A DNA stretch of 64,000 nt from Acidobacteriota bacterium. GTDB taxonomy: Bacteria; Acidobacteriota; Thermoanaerobaculia; UBA5066; Gp7-AA6. The notes beneath the pieces were generated by a model, which was not told the origin of the DNA, did no database searches, and saw only the letters and a program-made list of their open reading frames with translations. This document shows, one piece after another, positions 32,802 through 41,579 of this stretch. Numbering within the stretch: position 1 is the first letter of the stretch; each line of letters opens with the position of its first letter. Location: contig JBLMXY010000001.1 in assembly GCA_050257975.1 (NCBI GenBank), positions 15,125-79,124 of the forward strand, given 5' to 3'. The translations under genes were made by a program, and so were the position numbers.

Positions 32802-34970
32802 TCATCGGAAAAAGAGATACACGGTCACGATCGCGAAGAGCCCGGCCCCCATGAACAGGGCGTAGTTCTGGACCCGTCCCGTCTCCGCTCGCCGGAAGAG
32901 GCGGTAGCCGGCCTGGAGCGTGTTGGCCACACCGTTGACGAGCCCGTCGACGACGTACTGGTCGAAGGCGGAGGAGACCCACGCGAGCCCCCGGGTCGCC
33001 GCGGCGGCGCCGTTGGGAATCAGGTCCACGACGGTCGCATCCACTTCCCACAGGAACCGGCCGCCGTCCTTGGCGAAGCCCTCGACGACGACCGCCTCGT
33101 AGGCCTCGTCCACGAAGTACTTGTTCGAGAGCACGCGGTAGACGCCGGGAAACCGCTGGGCGAGCCTCTCCGGGGCGCGGCCCTTCCCCTTGACGTACCA
33201 GAAGAGCGCCAGCGCGATGCCGACGGCCGCCACCGCCACCGACGCGCCCATCAGGAGAAGCTCCCTTGCGAGCGCGTGGTGCTCCGGCTCGGGGACGACC
33301 GCGGCGATCGGCAGCACGATCGGCGACAGGAAGGGTTTGATCTTGTTGCCCCACTCGAACTGCTCGAACCCGACGTAGCCGCCCACCACCGAGAGCGCGG
33401 CCAGGATGACGAGAGGAACGGTCATCGTCCGGGGCGACTCGTGGATGTGCGCCGCCTGATCCGGAGTCCCGCGGAACTCCCCGTAGAAGGTGAGCGAAAC
33501 CAGGCGGAACATGTAGAAGGCGGTCATCCCGGCCGTCAGAAGCGCGCAGGCCCACAGAGCGCGCGCGAGCCACGGGACGCCCTCGAAGCGCGCCTCGAAG
33601 ACCGCGGCGAGGATCGCGTCCTTCGAGAAGAAGCCCGCAAAGAGCGGCACGCCGGAGATCGCCAGGGTCGCCAGCAGGAAGGTCCCGTACGTCGTCCGGA
33701 TCTTCGGCGCCAGCCCGCCCATCCTGCGGATGTCCTGCTCTCCCGAGAGCGCGTGGATCACCGAGCCCGATCCGAGGAAGAGGCACGCCTTGAAGAAGGC
33801 ATGGGTCATCACGTGGAAGATGCCGGCCACGAAGGCCCCGACGCCGCAGGCAAGGAACATGTAGCCCAACTGCGAGACCGTCGAATAGGCCAGGACCTTC
33901 TTGATGTCGTTCTGCACGAGGCCGATCGACGCGGAAAAGATCGCCGTGAAGCCGCCGATGACCGCCACGACGAGAAGGGCCTGCGGCGCCAGGCGGAAGA
34001 GCACGTTGCAGCGCGCCACCATGTAGACGCCGGCGGTGACCATCGTCGCGGCGTGGATCAGGGCCGAGACGGGAGTGGGGCCGGCCATCGCGTCGGGCAG
34101 CCAGACGTAGAGCGGAAACTGCGCGGACTTGCCGCACGCCCCGACGAAGAGGCAGAGGCAGATCAAGGTCAGGTACGGCGCGAAGCGCGCCGGGTCGGCC
34201 GCCGCGGCGGCGAAGACCTTGCCGAAGTCCAGGGTGCCGAAGAGGGCGAAGACGCCGAAGACCCCGAGAATGAACCCGAAGTCGCCGATGCGGTTGACCA
34301 CGAAGGCCTTCTTGCCGGCGTCCGCGGCCGAGTCCTTGAAATAGTCGTAACCGATCAGAAGGTAGGAGCAGAGCCCCACGCCCTCCCAGCCGACGAAGAG
34401 GAGCAGGAAGTTGCCGGCCAGAACCAGCACGAGCATCGCGAACATGAAGAGGTTCAGGTAAGCGAAGTAGCGCCCGTAGCCCTTGTCGTGCCCCATGTAT
34501 CCGACCGAGTAGACGTGGATCAGGAAGCCGACGAACGTCACGAAGGCGATCATCAGGGCCGACAGCGAGTCGAGCCGGAACACCGCGTCCACGAACCACT
34601 CGCCGGCCTTGCCCGGAACCTGCCCCACCGCCTGGTTCACGCCGAGCGGGATCCAGCGGTAGAGGGTCACGGTCCGGACGGCGCCGGAGGAGAGCGCCGA
34701 GAGCCCCACGTCGAAGATGGCTCCGAAGGCGAACAGGGCGGAAAGCGCCACCGACACCGTGCCGACCGCCGTATGAACGGACTTGAAAGGGATCTCCGCG
34801 TGCGCCCCGTGGTGCGCGGCCGGCTCGTCGGAGGGAGCGGGGCCGTGCCCCTCGCCGCCGTGGCCGTGGCCGCTCTCGCCCCGCGTGCGGTGCGAGAACA
34901 GGTACAGGATGCCGTTGATCAGAAAGCCCGCCAGGGGAAAGAGCGGGATCGCCCAGATCAGCCGGCTCAC
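32802..34970 (-). CDS. nuoL: NADH-quinone oxidoreductase subunit L
   Basis: GWEGVG, NRIGD, GKSAQFPL..WLPDAMAGPTPVSALIHAATMV. Confidence 0.97.
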   Translation of the reverse strand: MSRLIWAIPLFPLAGFLINGILYLFSHRTRGESGHGHGGEGHGPAPSDEPAAHHGAHAEIPFKSVHTAVGTVSVALSALFAFGAIFDVGLSALSSGAVRTVTLYRWIPLGVNQAVGQVPGKAGEWFVDAVFRLDSLSALMIAFVTFVGFLIHVYSVGYMGHDKGYGRYFAYLNLFMFAMLVLVLAGNFLLLFVGWEGVGLCSYLLIGYDYFKDSAADAGKKAFVVNRIGDFGFILGVFGVFALFGTLDFGKVFAAAAADPARFAPYLTLICLCLFVGACGKSAQFPLYVWLPDAMAGPTPVSALIHAATMVTAGVYMVARCNVLFRLAPQALLVVAVIGGFTAIFSASIGLVQNDIKKVLAYSTVSQLGYMFLACGVGAFVAGIFHVMTHAFFKACLFLGSGSVIHALSGEQDIRRMGGLAPKIRTTYGTFLLATLAISGVPLFAGFFSKDAILAAVFEARFEGVPWLARALWACALLTAGMTAFYMFRLVSLTFYGEFRGTPDQAAHIHESPRTMTVPLVILAALSVVGGYVGFEQFEWGNKIKPFLSPIVLPIAAVVPEPEHHALARELLLMGASVAVAAVGIALALFWYVKGKGRAPERLAQRFPGVYRVLSNKYFVDEAYEAVVVEGFAKDGGRFLWEVDATVVDLIPNGAAAATRGLAWVSSAFDQYVVDGLVNGVANTLQAGYRLFRRAETGRVQNYALFMGAGLFAIVTVYLFFR

Positions 34971-34973
34971 GGC

Positions 34974-35279
34974 CTATCCCTTCAGGACGTCCGCCTCTTC
35001 GACGTTCAGCGTCTTTCGCTGACGGAAGAGCGAGATCGTGAGGGCCAGCCCGATCGCGGCCTCCCCCGCGGCGATCGTGATGACGAAGACGGAGAACACC
35101 TGCCCCGTCAGGTCGGAGAGGCGGCGGGAGAAGGCGATCAGGTTCAGGTTCACCGCGTTCAACATCAGCTCGATCGACATCAAGAGCGTCAGGAAGTTCC
35201 TCCGCACGAGCACGCCGAAGAACCCGATCGCGAAGAGCAGGAACGAGACGACCAGGAAGTGGTTGATGGTGATGGTCAT
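34974..35279 (-). CDS. nuoK: NADH-quinone oxidoreductase subunit K
   Basis: IELMLNAVN, AAGEAAIGLA; ATG 35279. Confidence 0.95.
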   Translation of the reverse strand: MTITINHFLVVSFLLFAIGFFGVLVRRNFLTLLMSIELMLNAVNLNLIAFSRRLSDLTGQVFSVFVITIAAGEAAIGLALTISLFRQRKTLNVEEADVLKG

Positions 35280-35283
35280 GATG

Positions 35284-35372
35284 CCGGTCTCCGGTGTTCG
35301 GTGTCCGGGGTCCGGGGCGATGGCTGGGCCCAACTCTGGTCCCGGAAACCGGGGACCGGGCACCGAACACCG
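35284..35372. repeat. Heptamer tandem-repeat inverted hairpin (CCGGTGT / ACCGRRS) between nuoJ and nuoK
   Basis: ccggtct ccggtgt tcggtgt ccggggt ... cccggaa accgggg accgggc accgaac accg. Confidence 0.8.
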
Positions 35373-35379
35373 TCGCGCA

Positions 35380-35931
35380 TCAGTCCATCTTCTCCGTCGA
35401 GCGCTTGCCGAGCACGACGGCCCCGACCATCGCCACCAGGAGCAGGACCGAGGCGACCTCGAAGGGAAGCAGGTAGTCGCGGAAGAGCACCGAGGCCACG
35501 GCCTGGGTGTTTCCCAGGAGCCTCGATCCGACGGCGCGCAGGGCGCCGGGCTTCTCGGCGACGTCGGCGAACTTGTCGGTCCAGAGGATGTAGAGAAACG
35601 GCAGGACGAACACCGGGAGCAGAAGCAGCGCGATGTCCCACTGGTGCTGGAAGGCCGTCGCCTCCTTCACCGTCCTCTGATGAACCAGCATGATGACGAA
35701 GAGGAAGAGCACCATGATGCCGCCCGCGTAGACCAGGATCTGGACGGCGCCCGGGAACTCCGCCTCCATGAGGAAGAAAATCCCGGCGACCACCAGGAAG
35801 GAGCCGAGCAGGAAGAGCGCCGAGTGCACGGGGTTCTTCGCGACGATCACGGCGACGGCCGCGCCGAGGGCCATGGCGGCAAAGATCACGAAGGCCCATC
35901 CGGACAGGCCGGTCAGCAGAACGCCCGTCAT
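35380..35931 (-). CDS. nuoJ: NADH-quinone oxidoreductase subunit J
   Basis: NPVHSAL, QILVYAGGIMVLFLF, PFEVASVLLL. Confidence 0.95.
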   Translation of the reverse strand: MTGVLLTGLSGWAFVIFAAMALGAAVAVIVAKNPVHSALFLLGSFLVVAGIFFLMEAEFPGAVQILVYAGGIMVLFLFVIMLVHQRTVKEATAFQHQWDIALLLLPVFVLPFLYILWTDKFADVAEKPGALRAVGSRLLGNTQAVASVLFRDYLLPFEVASVLLLVAMVGAVVLGKRSTEKMD

Positions 35932-36410
35932 CCCCGCTCCACGACCGTGAAGGGCTTGACGTTCTCGGCGTTCTGCCAGTCGGTCAGCTTGCGGATGTCC
36001 AGGTACAGCGCCTCGTTGCGCTCGTAGGCCGCCAGCTCGTAGGTCTTCGTCGTCAGCCAGATCGACTTGGGCGTCGTCGGGCACGCCTCCTCGCAGAGCT
36101 GGCAGAACATGCAGCGCTTCAGGTCCACGTCGAAGCGGTCGAGGACCTTGAAGGACTTGCCCGCCTCGTTCTTCTCGTTGTGCCAGTCGATGTAGATGAT
36201 GTTGATCGGGCACTCGATGGCGCAGAGCGTGCACTTGATGCACCGCTCCTCGTCGACGCGGAACATCCCCCGGAAGCGGTCGGAGGGAATCTTCTTCTGC
36301 TCCGGGTACTGGATCGTCAGCTTCTTCTTGAACAGGTGCCGGCCCGTCACCGACAGCCCGTCGAAGATGTCGAGCAGCGTGATCCGGTCGAGCCACTTCT
36401 TGAGCGCCAT
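35928..36410 (-). CDS. nuoI: NADH-quinone oxidoreductase subunit I
   Basis: TIQYPE; CIKCTLCAIECP and CMFCQLCEEACP. Confidence 0.95.
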   Translation of the reverse strand: MALKKWLDRITLLDIFDGLSVTGRHLFKKKLTIQYPEQKKIPSDRFRGMFRVDEERCIKCTLCAIECPINIIYIDWHNEKNEAGKSFKVLDRFDVDLKRCMFCQLCEEACPTTPKSIWLTTKTYELAAYERNEALYLDIRKLTDWQNAENVKPFTVVERG

Positions 36411-36423
36411 GGGTCTTCTCCGC

Positions 36424-37596
36424 TCAGGCCGACTCGCCGGCGCCCTGCGGCACGGAGGCCAGCCGGTCGCGCCGCGAGAGGGCGCGCCGGAGCCGCGCGA
36501 GCCCGAAGCAGACCGCGAAGAGGCCTCCATATCCCCAGGCGAGCGCGAAGAGCCCGTTGGTGCGGCCGGGGGTGGCCAGAATGGCCCCCGCGACGACCAC
36601 GATGTTCAGCAGCGCGGCGGGGATCATCCACTTCCAGCCGAGCCCCATCAACTGGTCGAACCGGTAGCGCGGGAAAGTCGAGCGGAACCAGATGTAGCAG
36701 AAGAGGAAGAAGGCCGTCTTGCCGGCAAACCAGATTCCGGGCGGGATCACGTCGAGCAACCGCAGCGCCGCGACACTCGGGAACGGGCGCAGCCAGCCTC
36801 CGAAGAAGACGGTCGTCGCCACACAGGAGATGATGATCATCGCCGTGTACTCGCCGAGGAAGAAGAAGGCGAACTTCACGCCCGAGTATTCGGTGTTGAA
36901 GCCCGAGACCAGCTCCGATTCCGCCTCCGGCAGATCGAAGGGATTCCGGTTCGTCTCGGCGACCCCCGCGACGAAGTAGAGGAAGAAGGCGAGCAGCCCC
37001 GGGAAGACGAACCAGAGGTGAATGCGCTGCTGGCGCTCCACGATCTCGACCAGGGACAGCGAGCGCGACATCAGCAGCACCGACACCAGCGCCAGCCCCA
37101 TCGGCACCTCGTAGGACACCAGCTGCGCCGCCGACCGCAGGCCGCCCAGGAGCGCGTACTTGTTGTTCGACGCCCAGCCGCCGAGGATGATCCCGTACAC
37201 GCCGATCGACGTGATGCCGATCAGGAACAGCAGCCCCACGTTCACGTCGGTCACCCAGAGCGGGGTCGAGATCCTGCCGATCCGGACCGCCGGCCCAAAC
37301 GGGATCAGCCCGAGAGCGGTCAGCGCCGGAACGACGGTCAAGACGGGCGCCAGGAAGTGGACGGCCTTCTCCGCCCGGGACGGCGTGATGTCCTCCTTCG
37401 TGACGAGCTTCAACAGGTCGGCCAGGCCCTGAAGCGTCCCCTGGGGGCCCACGCGGTTGGGCCCGAGCCGCACCTGCATGAAGCCCATGATCCGGCGCTC
37501 CGCCAGGACGATGACGAAGCCGACGATCGCCGGCACGACCGCCACGAGCAGGACGATCTTGACGTAGGTCAGCACCGTCGGCGTCAGGATCTTCAC
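36424..37596 (-). CDS. nuoH: NADH-quinone oxidoreductase subunit H
   Basis: RLGPNRVG, AETNRNPFDLPEAESELV, PRYRFDQLM. Confidence 0.96.
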   Translation of the reverse strand: MKILTPTVLTYVKIVLLVAVVPAIVGFVIVLAERRIMGFMQVRLGPNRVGPQGTLQGLADLLKLVTKEDITPSRAEKAVHFLAPVLTVVPALTALGLIPFGPAVRIGRISTPLWVTDVNVGLLFLIGITSIGVYGIILGGWASNNKYALLGGLRSAAQLVSYEVPMGLALVSVLLMSRSLSLVEIVERQQRIHLWFVFPGLLAFFLYFVAGVAETNRNPFDLPEAESELVSGFNTEYSGVKFAFFFLGEYTAMIIISCVATTVFFGGWLRPFPSVAALRLLDVIPPGIWFAGKTAFFLFCYIWFRSTFPRYRFDQLMGLGWKWMIPAALLNIVVVAGAILATPGRTNGLFALAWGYGGLFAVCFGLARLRRALSRRDRLASVPQGAGESA

Positions 37597-38864
37597 CGGT
37601 CCACCTCTCCGAGCACGATGTCGACCGTTCCGATCAGCGCGACCAGGTCCGAGATCATGTGCCCCTTCGCCAGGCGCGGCAGCACCTGAAGGTTGATGAA
37701 GGAAGGGGGGCGGCAGTGCATCCGGTAGGGGCGGTTGGTCCCGTTCGAGACGCAGTAGAAGCCGAGCTCTCCCTTGGGCGACTCGACGGAGGCGTACACC
37801 TCCTCGGCCGGCGGCTTGATCACGCGCGGGACCTTGCCGCGGATCTCCCCGGGCTCGAGTCGGGCGAGGCACTGCTGCAGGATGCGCGCGCTCTGGCGCA
37901 TCTCCTGGACGCGGACGATGTAGCGGTCGTACGTGTCGCCGTTGGTGCGCGTCGGAATCGCGAAGTCGAGCTCGTCGTAGCACTCGTAGGGCTGCGCCCG
38001 GCGCAGGTCCCATTCGACGCCCGAGGCGCGCAGGAGCGGGCCGGTCAGCCCCCACTCGATGCACTCCTCGGCGGAGATCACGCCGATCCCGACCGTGCGG
38101 TTCTTCCAGATGCGGTTGTCGGTCAGCAGCTGCTCGTAGTCGTCGATGCGCGCGGGCAGGTCGTCGACGAACTCCGAGAGCCGCTCGACCCAGCCGGGCG
38201 TCAGGTCGAACGGAAGGCCGCCGATCCGCATGCAGTTCAGGGTCAGGCGCGCGCCGCAGTACTCCTCGAAGAAGTCCAGGATCTGCTCGCGCTCGCGGAA
38301 CGCGTACCAGAAGGGAGTGACGGCGCCCAGATCGATGCCCGACGTGCCGAGCCAGACCAGGTGCGAGGACAGCCGCTGGAGCTCGTCCAGGATCACGCGG
38401 ATCAGCTGCGCCCGCCTCGGGATCTCGAGGCCCAGCAGCTTTTCGATCGTCAGGCAGTAGGCATGGTTGTTGGTCGCCGCCGCGACGTAGTCCATCCGGT
38501 CGGTGTGGGGGATCCCCATCGGGTAGGTCTCGGTCTCGAAGAGCTTCTCGGTGCCGCGGTGGAGATAACCGACGTCGGGCCTGGCCTCGAGGATCTTCTC
38601 GCCGTCGACCTTGAGCACCAGCCGGAGCACGCCGTGCGTCGAAGGGTGCTGGGGCCCGAAGTTCAGCTCCATCTCCTGAACGTCGAAGAGCGTGGGCGGC
38701 TCGGGCGCCTCCCCCGAGCCCACGAGGGGGCGCGGCACGCCCGTCTCCGTCGCGCGCCGGGCGAAGTACTCGGCCTCGTCCCTCTCGGCCTGGGAGATCT
38801 TCTCGTCGGTCAGAGCCGCCCCCTCACGCGGCCCTCGGGGGCCGGAGGACTGCGCGGGCCGCAA
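37593..38864 (-). CDS. nuoD: NADH-quinone oxidoreductase subunit D (start uncertain)
   Basis: NFGPQHPSTHGVLR, GYLHRGTEK, DIVLGEVDR; no NiFe CxxC motifs. Confidence 0.95.
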   Translation of the reverse strand: MRPAQSSGPRGPREGAALTDEKISQAERDEAEYFARRATETGVPRPLVGSGEAPEPPTLFDVQEMELNFGPQHPSTHGVLRLVLKVDGEKILEARPDVGYLHRGTEKLFETETYPMGIPHTDRMDYVAAATNNHAYCLTIEKLLGLEIPRRAQLIRVILDELQRLSSHLVWLGTSGIDLGAVTPFWYAFREREQILDFFEEYCGARLTLNCMRIGGLPFDLTPGWVERLSEFVDDLPARIDDYEQLLTDNRIWKNRTVGIGVISAEECIEWGLTGPLLRASGVEWDLRRAQPYECYDELDFAIPTRTNGDTYDRYIVRVQEMRQSARILQQCLARLEPGEIRGKVPRVIKPPAEEVYASVESPKGELGFYCVSNGTNRPYRMHCRPPSFINLQVLPRLAKGHMISDLVALIGTVDIVLGEVDR

Positions 38865-38870
38865 TCGCCT

Positions 38871-39500
38871 TCACGACACCACCTTGCGGTTCGGATCGCC
38901 CGGCGAGGGCCCGCCCCCCTCCGGCCATTCCTCGGGATAGATCGCCGCTCCCGTGTCGATCCCTTCGAGCGGGAAGTCCTTGCGCAGCGGATGCCCGTGG
39001 AAGCCTTCCCACGTCAGGATCCGGCGCAGGTCGGGGTGCCCCGCGAAGCGGATCCCGAACATGTCCCAGGTCTCGCGCTCGGGCCAGTTCGCCGCGAGAT
39101 GGACGCTCGCGATCGAGGGGACCTCCTCCCCGTCGCCCGCCCCGCACTTGACGCGGATGCGCGCGTTCTTGGTGAACGAATAGAAGTGGTACACGACGTC
39201 GAAGCGCGGCGCCCGGCTCTTCCAGTCCACCGCCGTGACGTCGACGCAGTAGCGGAAGTCCTCGGCATCCTTCAGGTGCCGGGCGACGCGGGCGATCGCC
39301 TCCCGCGCGACGGTCACCGTGATCTGCCCGGCGAACTCCTTGGCGGAGAGGACCGTGTCGGGCAGCGCCGCCCGGAGCGACTCGACCCACGGGTGGCTCG
39401 ACGCGTCGTGCGCCTCGAGCTTCGCCTTCGCCGCTTCTTTCGCCTTCGCCTCCCCCCCTTGGGGGGAGGGCGGCGACGGGGGCGTCTTCTCCTCCGCCAT
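38871..39500 (-). CDS. nuoC: NADH-quinone oxidoreductase subunit C
   Basis: [31 protein letters not shown]. Confidence 0.95.
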   Translation of the reverse strand: MAEEKTPPSPPSPQGGEAKAKEAAKAKLEAHDASSHPWVESLRAALPDTVLSAKEFAGQITVTVAREAIARVARHLKDAEDFRYCVDVTAVDWKSRAPRFDVVYHFYSFTKNARIRVKCGAGDGEEVPSIASVHLAANWPERETWDMFGIRFAGHPDLRRILTWEGFHGHPLRKDFPLEGIDTGAAIYPEEWPEGGGPSPGDPNRKVVS

Positions 39501-39506
39501 CGGCCG

Positions 39507-39992
39507 TCAGGAGGCCTTCCGGACGACTTTCATCCGGTCGATCTTCTTCTGGAGCGCCATGATCCCGTAGATCAACGCCTCGGGCCGCGGGGGACAACCC
39601 GGGACGTAGACGTCCACGGGCACGATCCGGTCCACCCCCTGCGTGACCGCGTAGGTCCGATATGGCCCGCCGCAGGTCGCGCAGGAGCCCATGGCGATGA
39701 CCCACTTGGGCTCGGGCATCTGGTCGTAGAGGCGCTTGACGATCGGGGCCATCTTCTCGACCACCGTTCCCGCGACGATCATCAGGTCCGACTGGCGGGG
39801 CGTGCCCCGGAAGACCTCCGCGCCGAAGCGGGCCAGGTCGTGCCGGGAGTCCATCACCGCCATCATCTCGATCGCGCAGCAGGCCAGGCCGAACTGCATG
39901 GGCCAGATCGACGACCGGCGAGCCCAGTTGATCACCGAGTCGACCGTCGTCGTCAGGACATTCTCTTCGAATCGGTTGTCGACGAGACCCAT
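39507..39992 (-). CDS. nuoB: NADH-quinone oxidoreductase subunit B
   Basis: [23 protein letters not shown]. Confidence 0.97.
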   Translation of the reverse strand: MGLVDNRFEENVLTTTVDSVINWARRSSIWPMQFGLACCAIEMMAVMDSRHDLARFGAEVFRGTPRQSDLMIVAGTVVEKMAPIVKRLYDQMPEPKWVIAMGSCATCGGPYRTYAVTQGVDRIVPVDVYVPGCPPRPEALIYGIMALQKKIDRMKVVRKAS

Positions 39993-40014
39993 CAGGCTCC
40001 TTTCGGGGGCGGCG

Positions 40015-40371
40015 TCACGCCCAGTCGAGCGCGCCGCGGCGCCAGACGTAGACGTAGCCCACGACGAGGATCACCAGGAAGACGACCATCTCGACCAGGC
40101 CGAACCATCCCAGCCTGTGGAAGAGGACGGCCCAGGGAAAGAGGAAGATCGTCTCGACGTCGAAGACGACGAACAGCACCGCGATCAGGAAGTAGCGCAC
40201 CGAGAACCGGGTGTCGAGCGCGACGCTCGTGGGCGCGATGCCCGACTCGTACGGCTCGAGCTTGACCTGACCGGGGCGGCGGGTCTGGATCGCGCGGGCG
40301 ATGAAGATGGTCGCCAGCGGCAGAGCAGCCGCCAGCAGGCCGAAGACCAGTATCGGGGCGTAGGCTTCCAA
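40015..40371 (-). CDS. nuoA: NADH-quinone oxidoreductase subunit A
   Basis: [22 protein letters not shown]; TTG start. Confidence 0.95.
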   Translation of the reverse strand: MEAYAPILVFGLLAAALPLATIFIARAIQTRRPGQVKLEPYESGIAPTSVALDTRFSVRYFLIAVLFVVFDVETIFLFPWAVLFHRLGWFGLVEMVVFLVILVVGYVYVWRRGALDWA

Positions 40372-40380
40372 GGCCCGGCC

Positions 40381-40408
40381 ATTCTATCGGTTGGGTAGGG
40401 AGAGTCAA
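40381..40408 (-). promoter_or_regulatory. Sigma70-type promoter of nuo-atp operon
   Basis: TTGACT-N16-TAGAAT, 9 nt before nuoA TTG. Confidence 0.7.
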
Positions 40409-40416
40409 AGGCCATG

Positions 40417-40491
40417 AGCGGTCAGCCGTCGGCTCTCACCTGTCAGCTGAGCACATTCCGGCTGATCGCCGATCGCTGATAGCCGAAAGCT
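40417..40491. repeat. Heptamer tandem-repeat inverted hairpin, same family as 24001-24104
   Basis: agcggtc agccgtc ggctctc ... gctgatc gccgatc gctgata gccgaaa gct. Confidence 0.8.
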
Positions 40492-40497
40492 CCGGCG

Positions 40498-41541
40498 TCA
40501 GATGCCCCGGCTCTGGACGAGCACCGACAGCTCCTCCCCCATGCCTTCGGGATCGACGAGCCGGTAGGCGCGCCACTTCTCGGCTTCGCTTCCGACGAGA
40601 TCCATGATCCCCGCCTCGAGAAGGTATCGGCCCTGCCGGAAGACACCGCGCGTGACGAGCCCCTCGGCCTCGCCCGCGCGCGAGAGATCGTCCCAGTTGA
40701 CGTGAGCCGTCAAATCGACTTCGCCGGGCCTCTCGAGCGGATCGCCTCCGCGCCGGCCGGCCGAGTGCACGGCGAGCGTGCCGCGCGGGCGCGCGAGCGG
40801 GTGATAGAGAACCGCCGCGCGGTGACCGTAGTCGAACGTCACGACCGAGCCCCGCGCGAGCGCGCGAGAGAGATGCCGGTAGAGCGGCGCGGCGTCCAGG
40901 GCGATCTCCCCGATCTGTCCCGGCGCGAGCGTGATCGCGAAGGAGGCCAGATGCGCTTCGAACGCTTCGGGAGCCGGCGTCCTGACCCAGACGAAGCGCC
41001 CCCCTTCGAAGCCGACCCGCAGCTCCTGCAACCCCTCCGCGGAGCCCTCGACGCGCGCGACCGGAAGGGCGTCGAAGAGCTCGTTGGAGAAGATCCAGCC
41101 GGAAACCGAGCCCGGGCGCAACTCCTCGGCCGACTCGAGCAGCCGCAAAGGACCGGCAAGGCCGCGCCGGGCCAGCGTTTCGCGAGCCCGCGCCGACCCC
41201 TCGACCGCCGTCAGCCGCACCCGCGAGGCGAAGGACGGATCCTCTCGCTCGAGGCTCGCCGCGAGCTCCGCGAGGAACCGCCCATCGCCGGCGCCGACCT
41301 CGACGAAGTCGACGTCCCGCTCGAATCGTTCCGTCTCCCGGCGAAAGCGCCCGGCGATCGCTGCGGCGAAGGCCGGCGAGATCGCCGGCGAAGTGGCGAA
41401 GTCCCCCGGCTCTGCGATCTGGGCGCCGCGCGCGTAGTAGCCCGCGTCGGGATCGTAGAGCGCCGCGGCCATGAATTCTCGAAACGGGATCGGCCCCTCC
41501 CGGGAGATTCGCTCGCGAAGGCGCTCGGGGAGGGAGGGCAC
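40498..41541 (-). CDS. NDUFAF7/MidA-family SAM-dependent methyltransferase
   Basis: F.EFM..ALY.P..GYY, GDFATSP, EVGAGDG, SNELFDALP, DYG, DLTAHVNW. Confidence 0.9.
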   Translation of the reverse strand: MPSLPERLRERISREGPIPFREFMAAALYDPDAGYYARGAQIAEPGDFATSPAISPAFAAAIAGRFRRETERFERDVDFVEVGAGDGRFLAELAASLEREDPSFASRVRLTAVEGSARARETLARRGLAGPLRLLESAEELRPGSVSGWIFSNELFDALPVARVEGSAEGLQELRVGFEGGRFVWVRTPAPEAFEAHLASFAITLAPGQIGEIALDAAPLYRHLSRALARGSVVTFDYGHRAAVLYHPLARPRGTLAVHSAGRRGGDPLERPGEVDLTAHVNWDDLSRAGEAEGLVTRGVFRQGRYLLEAGIMDLVGSEAEKWRAYRLVDPEGMGEELSVLVQSRGI

Positions 41542-41579
41542 TTGGACGTCGTCTCGCCGGAGTCGATTATATTTTCGCG

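Noticed and set aside
35280-35363. N-terminal extension of NuoK in the ORF track
   Set aside because: It is the translated heptamer hairpin; ATG 35279 gives a normal-length NuoK
37593-39992. Group 4 NiFe hydrogenase
   Set aside because: The large subunit lacks both CxxC nickel motifs and carries complex I quinone-site motifs
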